This document shows positions 38,282-49,745 of a stretch of 64,000 nucleotides of DNA, in pieces (within the stretch, counting starts at the first letter, position 1; each line of letters starts with the position of its first letter). Where the stretch lies: the NCBI GenBank assembly GCA_950097015.1, contig CATNEN010000033.1:1178001-1242000 (forward strand). The letters run 5' to 3'. Origin of the DNA: Macrostomum hystrix (Eukaryota > Animalia > Platyhelminthes). The notes below the pieces were generated by a model that saw only the letters and a list, made by a program, of their open reading frames with translations, did not search any database and was not told the DNA's origin. Position numbers and translations under genes: made by a program.

Positions 38282-41200
38282 ATGAACTGCTGGCTTAGCA
38301 TTATGTGCTTGCAAGTCAGCTGGTTGTCGCTGCTGCTGCTGCTGCTGCTGCTTTTGACGCTTGCAACAGCCAGGGGCCTGACAATCGACTCTTTGCCAAC
38401 GCCTGTGGAGCCTGCTTGCAAATTTCACACGGACAATGAAATTAATGCTTGTGAGTTCGGCTCTGAATGATCTATTGCTTCAAATAAAATACTATTTAGT
38501 GAAATTTACACTGAATATTTCCAGACATAACGCTTAAAGTTGCGCTATCTTCATACTAGTACCTCACCTTGTACCTTCTCCCTGTACCTCAAGTTCATTT
38601 CTTCCTGTCCATCAGGGCTATTCCCCCTATTCTTCAGGGCTATTCCTCCCTGTCCTTCAGGGCTATTCCTCCCTGTCCTTCAGGGCTATTCCTCCCTGTC
38701 CTTCAGGGCTATTCCTCCCTGTCCTTCAGGGCTATTCCTCCCTGTCCTTCAGGGCTATTCCTCCATGTCCATCAGGGCTATTCCTCCCTGTCCTTCAGGG
38801 CTATTCCTCCCTGTCCTTCAGGGCTATTCCTCCCTGTCCTTCAGGGCTATTCCTCCCTGTCCTTCAGGGCTATTTCTACCTGTCCTTCAGGGCTATTTCT
38901 ACCTGTCCTTCAGGGCTATTTCTACCTGTTCTTCAGGGCTATTTCTACCTGTCCTTCAGGGCTATTCCCCCTATTCTTCAGGGCTATTTCTACCTGTCCT
39001 TCAGGGCTATCCCCATCTGTCCTACAGGGCTATCCCCATCTGTCCTTCAGGGCTATCCCCATCTGTCCTACAGGGCTATCCCCATCTGTCCTACAGGGCT
39101 ATCCCCATCTGTCCTACAGGGCTATCCCCATCTGTCCTACAGGGCTATCCCCATCTGTCCTACAGGGCTATCCCCATCTGTCCTACAGGGCTATCCCCAT
39201 CTGTCCTACAGGGCTATCCCCATCTGTCCTACAGGGCTATCCCCATCTGTCCTACAGGGCTATCCCCATCTGTCCTACAGGGCTATCCCCATCTGTCCTA
39301 CAGGGCTATCCCCATCTGTCCTACAGGGCTATCCCCATCTGTCCTACAGGGCTATCCCCATCTGTCCTACAGGGCTATCCCCATCTGTCCTACAGGGCTA
39401 TCCATGTCTATCCCTTACCATCTCCTTTAGCTTCGAAGGGGTAAATAATTCAGTTACTTGATCGAAAATTTAGTGCGGTTTCAAACAAAACTCCACCCCC
39501 CTTAGACATATCGGCTCGCGCCCGCTTCTTCTTCAACTCCACCGAGGACGATTTTGACACGCCGATCACCATTGTGGCGCCCGGACCGTCGGTGGCGCAT
39601 CTATTCAGCGCCAAGGTGCTCGGCGTTATTCTTAAGAGAGATCTTTCGCTATGTCAATACCACGATTCTGCCCTTCAATTATCCCTGCGATTATCCCTAC
39701 GCTTGCGTGATCAAGCTTAACTCTGCGATGCCTAGCTACGATAATCACTACATTGATAGCGGCTTTCTCTATCGGAATTCCCAGCGGTAAGCTATGCGTC
39801 AGGTACACCCGCTTCTCCCTGTCCTTCACACCCGCTTCTCCCTGTCCTTCACACCCGCTTCTCCCTGTCCTTCACAGCCACTTCTCCCTGTCCTTCACAC
39901 CCACTTCTCCCTGTCCTTCACAGCCACTTCTCCCTGTCCTTCACAGCCACTTCTCCCTGTCCTTCACACCCGCTTCTCCCTGTCCTTCACACCCGCTTCT
40001 CCCTGTCCTTCACACCCGCTTCTCCCTGTCCTTCACACCCGCTTCTCCCTGTCCTTCACACCAACTTCTCCCTGTCCTTCACACCCGCTTCTCCCTGTCC
40101 TTCACACCCACTTCTCCCTGTCCTTCACACCCACTTCTCCCTGTCCTTCACACCCGCTTCTCCCTGTCCTTCACACCCGCTTCTCCCTGTCCTTCACACC
40201 CGCTTCTCCCTGTCCTTCACACCCACTTCTCCCTGTCCTTCACACCCGCTTCTCCCTGTCCTTCACAGCCACTTCTCCCTGTCCTTCACAGCCACTTCTC
40301 CCTGTCCTTCACACCCGCTTCTCCCTGTCCTTCACACCCGCTTCTCCCTGTCCTTCACACCCGCTTCTCCCTGTCCTTCACACCCGCTTCTCCCTGTCCT
40401 TCACACCAACTTCTCCCTGTCCTTCACACCCGCTTCTCCCTGTCCTTCACACCCACTTCTCCCTGTCCTTCACACCCACTTCTCCCTGTCCTTCACACCC
40501 GCTTCTCCCTGTCCTTCACACCCGCTTCTCCCTGTCCTTCACACCCGCTTCTCCCTGTCCTTCACACCCACTTCTCCCTGTCCTTCACACCCACTTCTCC
40601 CTGTCCTTCACACCCGCTTCTCCCTGTCCTTCACACCCGCTTCTCCCTGTCCTTCACAGCCACTTCTCCCTGTCCTTCACACCCGCTTCTCCCTGTCCTT
40701 CACAGCCACTTCTCCCTGTCCTTCACACCCACTTCTCCCTGTCCTTCACACCCGCTTCTCCCTGTCCTTCACACCCACTTCTCCCTGTCCTTCACACCCA
40801 CTTCTCCCTGTCCTTCACACCCGCTTCTCCCTGTCCTTCACAGCCACTTCTCCCTGTCCTTCACACCCGCTTCTCCCTGTCCTTCACAGCCACTTCTCCC
40901 TGTCCTTCACACCCGCTTCTCCTTGTCCTTCACACCCACTTCTCCCTGTCCTTCACACCCGCTTCTCCCTGTCCTTCACAGCCACTTCTCCTTGTCCTTC
41001 ACACCCGCTTCTCCCTGTCCTTCACACCCACTTCTCCTTGTCCTTCACACCCACTTCTCCTTGTCCTTCACACCCACTTCTCCCTGTCCTTCACAGCCAC
41101 TTCTCCCTGTCCTTCACACCCGCTTCTCCCTGTCCTTCACACCCGCTTCTCCCTGTCCTTCACACCCGCTTCTCCCTGTCCTTGTTCTCGTTGCAGGTAC

Positions 41201-44200
41201 ATCTACACCTCGGACAGTCATCGTGACTGTCCGTTGAACACCAGCTCCACAGACAGCCTGCTTGCCCGCGACGCAATCGCTGACAATGCCCCTCTGTGGC
41301 TAGATGAGACAATCTGCAGTAGAGGGCCGGCTCCGCCGCACCACCTGGCCGCAGCTGAGGCCGCCAGTGCCGGCGGCTACGTGCACTTTTCTGGAGCCGG
41401 CGGCCAGCAGAAGAAACTGCTGCTTACTAACCTGGCGGCCAGGGATGCCGAGCTGCGCGAATTTCTCGCCACATTTTTCATGCCGGATTTTAAAAGCCCA
41501 CCGGCTGAGGGCTACAATCCGTGCCTGTGAGTCCTACTGCTCAAATTATTACTAGTGCGGCCTTTTTGCCTATCTCACCGAACCCTTCACCCTCGCCTAT
41601 TTAGTTGGGCTCGCAGGGAACTGCTGCGCCAGAGAAACCTGTCAGCGGAGAGGGCCGCAGTCGACGGCCACTGGAGCCTGCCGCAGCTGAACCGGACCGC
41701 CTCGCTGCAGACAATGCGCCTGGCGCTGATGTGGCCCAACGGCAGCCGGCTGCACGACATTGACGTGCTTATCTGGGCCAGGCGAACTGTCGCCCAACTC
41801 AACGGCGATCCCATCGACCCGGCCGATGTCGAGCTGCCCGTCAGCCACAATGCGTCAGTCTTTTCGGCGCCTCCCATCACCATCGTGTCCACCCCCCAGG
41901 ACGACATGCTCGGCTACGCGTTTCTACTCCGGCGGGCCGGCCTTCGTCTGCACCTGGAGGCCCGCGGCATGGACTGCAACAAGGCTGACGTGCTGCAGTT
42001 CTTCGCCGATTCCGTCTGTCCGCGGGCGTGGCACGGCGGAGGCGGCGGCAGCGGCGGCGGACCGCCTGTCCGAGGCCCGCTGCTCGGCCTGTTGGCAGCC
42101 ACCTGCTCGGACACTGTCCGACCCATTGCCGAGCTGAGCACGGAGACCCGCAGCGTGGTGGTCTCGCCGACTGTTGAATCCACCGTCTACAATGACCCGA
42201 CGGCCTATCCGTACTTCTTTCGCACCATACCGAGCCTTGACGCCTACTCCGAGGCCGTCACGAGATTCCTGCGCAGGCACAATTGGCCAGACGTGGCCCT
42301 TTTATCCAGCGGCAAGCTCTTCCTGCGCCGCGAACAGTTCGAAGGCCGACCAGACGGCCTGACCGTCTGTTTCGAAGAGGTCGTCGACGAGGAGCTGCTC
42401 ACGCTGAAACAGGTGAGTTGCTAGTTTTATATGCTCGCCTTACTACTAAGCCTGCGTCTAAAACTAAGTAGTTAGTAAGCAATTAAATTTTAAATTAGAA
42501 ATAGAATTTACAATTTTACTAGAATGTAAAATAATAATTATCAGGCCGAGGAGAATCTGCGAAATGCCAAGCGCAAGCGCTGCCAGATGTTTGCCATGGA
42601 CTATATGCGCCGGGGCACCTGTTTGTACCTGTGCGCTGCGTACAAGGTCAAAATGACCCAGAGGAACAACTACATGTTTATTCTCAGCGACAGGTATTGC
42701 TTTTAGTTCAGGATGTCCAGCAATAGAGTTCAGGATTTCGAGCAATAGTATTCAGGATGTCCAGCAATAGTATTCAGGATGCCCAGCAATAGTATTCAGG
42801 ATGTCCAGCAATAGTATTCAGGATGCCCAGCAATAGTATTCAGGATGTCCAGCAATAGTATTCAGGATGTCCAGCAATAGTATTCAGGATGTCCAGCAAT
42901 AGTATTCAGGATGTCCAGCAATAGTATTCAGGATGCCCAGGAATCGGGTTCAGGATGTCCAGCAATAGTATTCAGGATGTCCAGGAATCGGGTTCAGGAT
43001 GTCCAGCAATAGTATTCAGGATGTCCAGCAATAGTATTCAGGATGTCCAGCAATAGTATTCAGGATGTCCAGCAATAGTATTCAGGATGCCCAGGAATCG
43101 GGTTCAGGATGTCCAGCAATAGTATTCAGGATGTCCAGGAATCGGGTTCAGGATGTCCAGCAATAGTATTCAGGATGTCCAGCAATAGTATTCAGGATGT
43201 CCAGCAATAGTATTCAGGATGTCCAGCAATAGTATTCAGGATGTCCAGGAATCGGGTTCAGGATGTCCAGCAATAGTATTCAGGATGTCCAGCAATAGTA
43301 TTCAGGATGTCCAGCAATAGTATTCAGGATGTCCAGGAATCGGGTTCAGGATGTTCCGCAATATCTCGCGCCCGCAGTGCCCGCAACGTATTCGTGACTT
43401 CTCAAGCGCTCTGCCACGGCACAGGCGCCATGCTCTCCAGCAATAACACGGAGGGCTGCACCGAGGAGAATCTAAGGGCTGTAGCCGATGGTCACCTGAT
43501 CGTGCGCCAGATACCCACCGAGTCTTACAAGGCCATCACATTCAACCGGAAGTCCAGCACTGACCGGCCTCCTCAAGTACCCATGGTGAATTTCTTCCAG
43601 TGGTACACTCAGCGTGCCATCCTGCTTCTGACCAGAGCCATCACCAACTTGGCTGAGCTGCAGCCATCCGCTGTGTACCATCTCAACAGTCCCAGCGTGG
43701 CGCCGCTGTTCAGAGAGTCCCTAGAGAACACCAAGCTGGGCAAAGATGAGACGCCACTATTGGACAAGAATCACGATGTTGGGCGTGGAAACTTGCGGGT
43801 GAGAGCTTCTGTTAATTCATTGTAGCAATACCAATGGGCTTGAAGATCGAGATCCGAGAAATTCTTTGCCCAGTCTGCAATCGTCGTTAAAGGTCCAGGA
43901 GTACTGAACTTCCTGAGTTCGAATCCGTGTCCAGGCCTCATTCATTTAAAGCTTGCTATGCAATTATGCCTTCGTACGCATCTGTTTGCGTTTGCATGCT
44001 TAGCGGTCAGCGGAATGGGCCGAACTAGCATCGACTCCCCGTTGAATTCCAGCTGGTCCTTCGTCGCTTCTTCCACTTCAAATCGAACACGAAGAGCTTC
44101 TTCACGGATCCGGCCAACAGGACGCTGTTTAGGAAGCTGCCCAATATGCTGACAACGGTGGACGGCGGCAAGCACATCTCCAACCAGCCGCTGGATGTCT

Positions 44201-47200
44201 ACCTATGGGAGCGAAATCGAAACGGCCTGCTGGAGGTCCATCTGTCTTCATTGCCAACTGCGGATCCCCGCTACGCCACAGAGAATGAGTTGTTCATTCA
44301 GCTTATGCGCGCTCCCTACGGCTGCAATCAGGGCCTCCTGGCTGCCCTGCGTACCGGCCTGCACTGCTCGGAGACCATCCTCGCTCTCGTTGGCTTCGTG
44401 TTCCTCCTCTGCCTGCTGGCCCTGGTGCTAATCTTCAGTCTACTGCTCAGGCATTATAAGCAGCGAGAGGGCCAACTCAGGACTGAGCCGTTTCAGCTGC
44501 TGCGCGATCAGCTGGCCCACTATGAGGTGGCCCGCTCACAGGTGGTGCTCAACAGGAAAATGGGCGCCGGATATTTTGGCACCGTGTACGGCGGCGAGGT
44601 CAACCTGGCCGGCCGGGGCAGCGGCGAGGCCTCCGCCTGGACCTCCTGCGTTATTAAGGTAGAGTGCGATTGCACTCCCGCTTCCACTGCTGGACATTCA
44701 TATCCCACATCCTCTATCCTCATTTCTAGGAATCCAGATCCTCATTTCTAGGAATCCAGATCCTCATTTCTTGGAATCCAGATCCTCATTTCTTGGAATC
44801 CATATCCTCATTTCTTGGAATCCAGATCCTCATTTCTAGGAATCCAGATCCTCATTTCTTGGAATCCATATCCTCATTTCTAGGAATGCATATCCTCATT
44901 TCTAGGAATCCATATCCTCATTTCTAGGAATCCAGATCCTCATTTCTAGGAATGCATATCCTCATTTCTTGGAATGCATATCCTCATTTCTAGGAATGCA
45001 TATCCTCATTTCTAGGAATGCATATCCTCATTTCTAGGAATGCATATCCTCATTTCTAGGAATGCATATCCTCATTTCTTGGAATCCATATCCTCATTTC
45101 TAGGAATGCATATCCTCATTTCTAGGAATGCATATCCTCATTTCTAGGAATCCATATCCTCATTTCTAGGAATGCGTATCCTCATTTCTAGGAATGCATA
45201 TCCTCATTTCTAGGAATGCATATCCTCATTTCTAGGAATCCATATCCTCATTTCTAGAAATGCATATCCTCATTTCTAGGAATCCAGATCCTCATTTCTT
45301 GGAATCCATATCCTCATTTCTAGGAATCCAGATCCTCATTTCTTGGAATCCATATCCTCATTTCTTGGAATGCATATCCTCATTTCTAGGAATGCATATC
45401 CTCATTTCTAGGAATCCATATCCTCATTTCTAGAAATGCATATCCTCATTTCTAGGAATCCAGATCCTCATTTCTTGGAATCCATATCCTCATTTCTAGG
45501 AATCCAGATCCTCATTTCTTGGAATCCATATCCTCATTTCTTGGAATGCATATCCTCTTTTCTAGAAATGCAGTACTTTTTTTCTTGGAATCCAGATGCC
45601 CACTCTAATAAACCGGAAATCCTTACTTCCAAGCATCCGAATTCTAGTAGTCTAGATCCTTTCTTCTAAGTTTTAGCCTTCAGGCTTGGCTGTCCTATTT
45701 TTCTGTAATAAACAGTTACCCAAGTGTTTAATTTCATGCAAAACGATTTCCACAAATAATTAAATTTACTATATTTGCAACCGGTCCGAATCGCAGCTGA
45801 CAAATGACGAAGGCAAGCACGAAGCGGTGGTGCAGCTGCTGAAGGAGGCGGTCTCCCTGACCAGCGTTCATCACGAGAACGTTATCAAGCTCCTCGGCGT
45901 GTGCACCGCGGATAGTCCGTACTATATCCTCATGGAGATGTGCCTGCACGGCGACCTCAAGGGCTTCCTGATGGCTCGCCGCACCCAGGCCCTGTCCGTG
46001 CCTGGTGCCCCGGAGACATCGCCGACGGCGCTGACTCGCTACGCGCTGGACATCGCCTCCGGTGTTGAATACCTGCACTCCAGGCACTTTGTGCACAGAG
46101 ATCTGGCTCTGCGCAACTGCCTCATCAATGAGCGCTTCCAGGTTGGCCTCTCAGTGCTGCCCTCCTTCATCCATGCCCTCTCCACAATTCAGCCACGTCC
46201 ACCGATCTGCCTACTTTACTCACCCTGCCGCCCATCCTTCACCCACCGATCCGCCCTCCTTCACCCACCGATCCGCCCTCCTTCACTCACCGATCCGCCC
46301 TCCTTCACCCACCAATCCGCCCTCCTTCACACACCGATCCGCCCTCCTTCATCCGCCGATCTGCCCTCCTTCACCCACCGATCCGCCCTTCTTCACCCAT
46401 CCGATCCGCCCTCCTTCACCCACCGATCCGCCCTCTTTTATCCGTCCGTAAACGCAGGTGAAAATCGGCGACTTCGGCCTGGCCCGCACCGTGAAGGACT
46501 ACTACCGAACTCAGTCACAGGAGATGGTGCCTGTCCGCTGGATGCCTCCGGAGGCCATTCAATACTACGTCTTCACTGTACACAGCGACGTCTGGTCCTA
46601 CGCCGTTGTCTTGTACGAGCTGGTCACCTTCGGCAAGTATCCGTTCGAGGAGCTCAGCCAGCAGCAGGTGATGGCACAGGTGAATCACGGCGTCACTCTG
46701 CTGTCCCGGTTCCCGGCTAGCGCCTCCCCGATTCTGCACACCATTGTGTCCCGCTGCTGGCAGTTTGAGCCAAAGCAGCGGCCGGACATGTCCGAGATAG
46801 CCGCCGTCCTGCGCGACAATCCCGACTGCGTCACGCCCTGTCTGGACGAGGCGCCGCCGATGCAGCCGCCAGAGGAGCTGGATCGGGCCGGCGGAGTCGG
46901 CGACCCGCTCAGGGCGGTCGGTCGGCAACCCAGCGGCGGCGGAGGCGCCGGCGGTGGCGGCCGCGACGGTTGGTCAAGCTTGTCCGGCAGCTCGCGCCAG
47001 TTGAATCCCTTGAATGTAAATTCGTCGTTTTCGAATTCGACAATGGCGGTGGTGGCGGCGGCGGCTGCAGCCGCTTCGATGGTGCACTCCGGGCAGGCTG
47101 GGGGCGGCGGCAGGCGTAGCGTTGGTAGCGGCGGCGGGCCGAAACCGCGCTGTGGTACTGCGCGCAACGCTGTCGCAGCAGAAGCGGCGCTGCAGGTCAG

Positions 47201-47357
47201 GCAGCCGTCGTGGCTCCCGGTTGAAGCCGGATCCGCACAGCACCGGCTCGGCGCCTCCCGGAGTGTGCGCGAGCGGCGACTCGGTCTTCCTGACCGACTC
47301 TCAGGCTGCGCTGACTCACAATGTGCTGGAGTGGACTGGCTAGTAAGGAAGGAATAG
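38282..47357 (+). CDS. VKR: Venus kinase receptor: signal peptide, N-terminal domain, Venus-flytrap module, TM helix, insulin-receptor-like tyrosine kinase; ~1335 aa after correcting one frameshift
   Basis: join(38282..38450,39506..39786,41197..41526,41605..42412,42545..42693,43378..43798,44053..44658,45797..46141,46458..47357); phases fit apart from one extra base near 39634-39642. Signal peptide SLLLLLLLLLTLATARG; VFT motifs AATCSDTVRPIAE...AYPYFFRTIPS...HNWPDVALL and LCAAYKVKM; TM ILALVGFVFLLCLLALVLIFSLLL; kinase GAGYFGTVYGG, VIK, HRDLALRNCLI, KIGDFGLAR, DYYR, PVRWMPPE, SDVWSY. Confidence 0.88.
38612..39402. repeat. 23-bp minisatellite filling VKR intron 1
   Basis: cagggctattcctccctgtcctt, grading into cagggctatccccatctgtccta. 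Confidence 0.96.
39805..41182. repeat. 23-bp minisatellite filling VKR intron 2
   Basis: cacacccgcttctccctgtcctt, ~60 copies; source of the 494- and 578-aa pseudo-ORFs. Confidence 0.97.
42705..43352. repeat. 22-bp minisatellite filling VKR intron 5
   Basis: caggatgtccagcaatagtatt, with a gaatcgggtt variant. Confidence 0.96.
44700..45575. repeat. 22-bp minisatellite in VKR intron 7
   Basis: atatcctcatttctaggaatgc repeated. Confidence 0.96.
46215..46440. repeat. Diverged ~22-bp repeat in VKR intron 8
   Basis: ccgatccgccctccttcaccca-type units. Confidence 0.85.
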
Positions 47358-47488
47358 TAAGGAACCACCAGCCTTAGCGCCCGATGCGCTCTCGAGTATT
47401 GAAGATGCCATACTCAATTCAGGAGGTCATTAACCTGCTTTCCACTTCCACTTTCTGCCGCCAATATGAATCAGTGATCCTCAAACTC

Positions 47489-47625
47489 TCAGCCTCCCAG
47501 ATCCTCAAAGTGATCTGTCAGCCTCCCAGATCCTCAAAGTGATCTGTCAGCCTCCCAGATCCTCAAAGTGATCTGTCAGCCTCCCAGATCCTCAAAGTGA
47601 TCTGTCAGCCTCCCAGATCCTCAAG
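47489..47625. repeat. 29-bp tandem repeat downstream of VKR stop
   Basis: gatcctcaaagtgatctgtcagcctccca, ~4 copies. Confidence 0.9.
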
Positions 47626-48224
47626 ATCAGTGGACTGCACTTTCGCTGCTAGTCTACTAGTACTCTAGTACTTTTCCCAGCCTATGAGATCCTACTATCT
47701 GTAAATAATTTTTTTTCATACTTAAATTTAAGTATTTTGCGATTTGATATTTTCCTATACATATTACTCTCATCGCTAAAAAGCAAAATTATTTTTTGTC
47801 AAGCTTTAAACCCAACTGTACACATTAAGGTGGCCATCAGAATGTGCTAGCAAAAATGTACTTTAGATTTTTATGCAGTCTGCCGTACCTCCACTCAATG
47901 TTTTTTAAATGTTTTTATCGAAGTTAAATTTTTGTTTGTATCCAAGTCTTTTCATCGTATCAACTATAAATGTTTGTGCTCATGTGTTTCCCGTCTCGTG
48001 CCACTTTGTTTTGGTGTCTTCACTTAAAAAAGATTCGATCGTACTTGTTAATATGTCCTTTCATTTGTCCCTATGATTGATATTTTGTTACAGGTCAGCA
48101 CAGTTAAAATATTCTTAAGCCAATTAGTATGCGGCAGTTTGGAATCAATTGTTCATTGTGGATTGTTGTACTTTCCTTCCTGTGCCATCGTTTCTATCCC
48201 ACTTGTTATAATTGGCGCTACCAG

Positions 48225-48875
48225 CCTACCACCCCACTTTGTGCACTCTAACGCAAACCAGTCCGCCCCATCACCCCACTATGTACACTCTAGCGCTAGC
48301 CAGTCCGCCCCACCACCCCACTATGTGCACTCTAGCGCTAGCCAGTCCGCCCCACCACCCCACTATGTGCACTCTAGCCAGTCAGCCCCACCACCCCACT
48401 ATGTGCACTCTAGCCAGTCAGCCCCACCACCCCACTATGTACACTCTAGCCAGTCAGCCCCACCACCCCACTATGTGCACTCTAGCGCTAGCCAGTCCGC
48501 CCCACCACCCCACTATGTACACTCTAGCCAGTCAGTCCCACCACCCCACTATGTGCACTCTAGCCAGTCAGCCCCACCACCCACCCCACTATGTACACTC
48601 TAGCCAGTCAGCCCCACCACCCCACTATGTACACTCTAGCCAGTCAGCCCCACCACCCCACTATGTACACTCTAGCCAGTCAGCCCCACCACCCCACTAT
48701 GTGCACTCTAGCGCTAGCCAGTCCGCCCCACCACCCCACTATGTACACTCTAGCCAGTCAGTCCCACCACCCCACTATGTGCACTTTAGCCAGTCAGCCC
48801 CACCACCCCACTATGTGCACTCTAGCCAGTCAGCCCCACCACCCCACTATGTACTCGTACACTCTAGCCAGTCCC
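48225..48875. repeat. Minisatellite, 36/42-bp units
   Basis: ccaccccactatgtgcactctagccagtcagcccca, with a +6-bp variant. Confidence 0.95.
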
Positions 48876-49488
48876 CCTAGCAGCCTACGAACCAATCGAA
48901 TGTCAATCGCCAGCTTGTATATATAATAGCTGTCACCCCTCTGCTGTCCCATGTTGACGAGTTAGTTTTTGTAACACGAATCATTTGTCTTTGTAAATAT
49001 GCTTCAATCGGAGATACACGAACTGCCAGCTTTATCAGTCATTATCAACAGAAAATCGCTTTGATTTACCTGATGCAGCCAAGAACTTTTATTTTGTCTT
49101 TTTGTTTGGGTTATTTTGCTATCGTGTTTGTTGTCTTTGTTCGGTTGATTTCAGTTTTTTTTACTGTACGACCTCTTTTCAGCTGGGCATGAAGTGTAAA
49201 TTTTACGCGACTGTTCTTGACAATGGAGAGCCAGCGGTTTGCAGTGTGCAGTCTATTAGGTAATTGTTTATTTTGCGGTGCAATAACTCTTTGCTTTATA
49301 TAATGTCTAATTATGCAGCAATAAATCACCTTTGCGAGATTTGTAAATATGATTTATGATTAAGAAATCTCAATTAAATGCAGCTATCGAGCCTTTATGT
49401 TTTCTTAAACAGTATTAATTATTTAATTTATGATTCCTTAATAACTCAACATTATTGAGCATAAGCAATACGAGACAGCCTTCTCAAG

Positions 49489-49519
<31 letters not shown>

Positions 49520-49745
49520 AGTCAGTCAGCAAATGGAAACAAGGCAGAGAAAAGAGGGCTGAAAGTACCCAACCAGAGCCAAACGAGTCCTGCGCTGCAA
49601 TTGGGTCATTGATGCCCATAGCGTCTGTAATTGCTCCACTCCAATCTATTTCGGCACCCGCCGGAAGCAGAATCTGCATATTGCTTAGTATTATTTATTG
49701 CTGAAATTGTGTCGGATAGTTATGGAGGCTTGAACTTGGCCAGCC

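Noticed and set aside
39753-41530. 494- and 578-aa ORFs
   Set aside because: Translations of the 23-bp intronic array; only 41197..41526 is a real exon.
48073-48880. ORF with many PPPHY (PPxY-like) motifs
   Set aside because: Produced by an in-frame 36-bp array, broken by a frameshift near 48585, with no splice context or unique domain.
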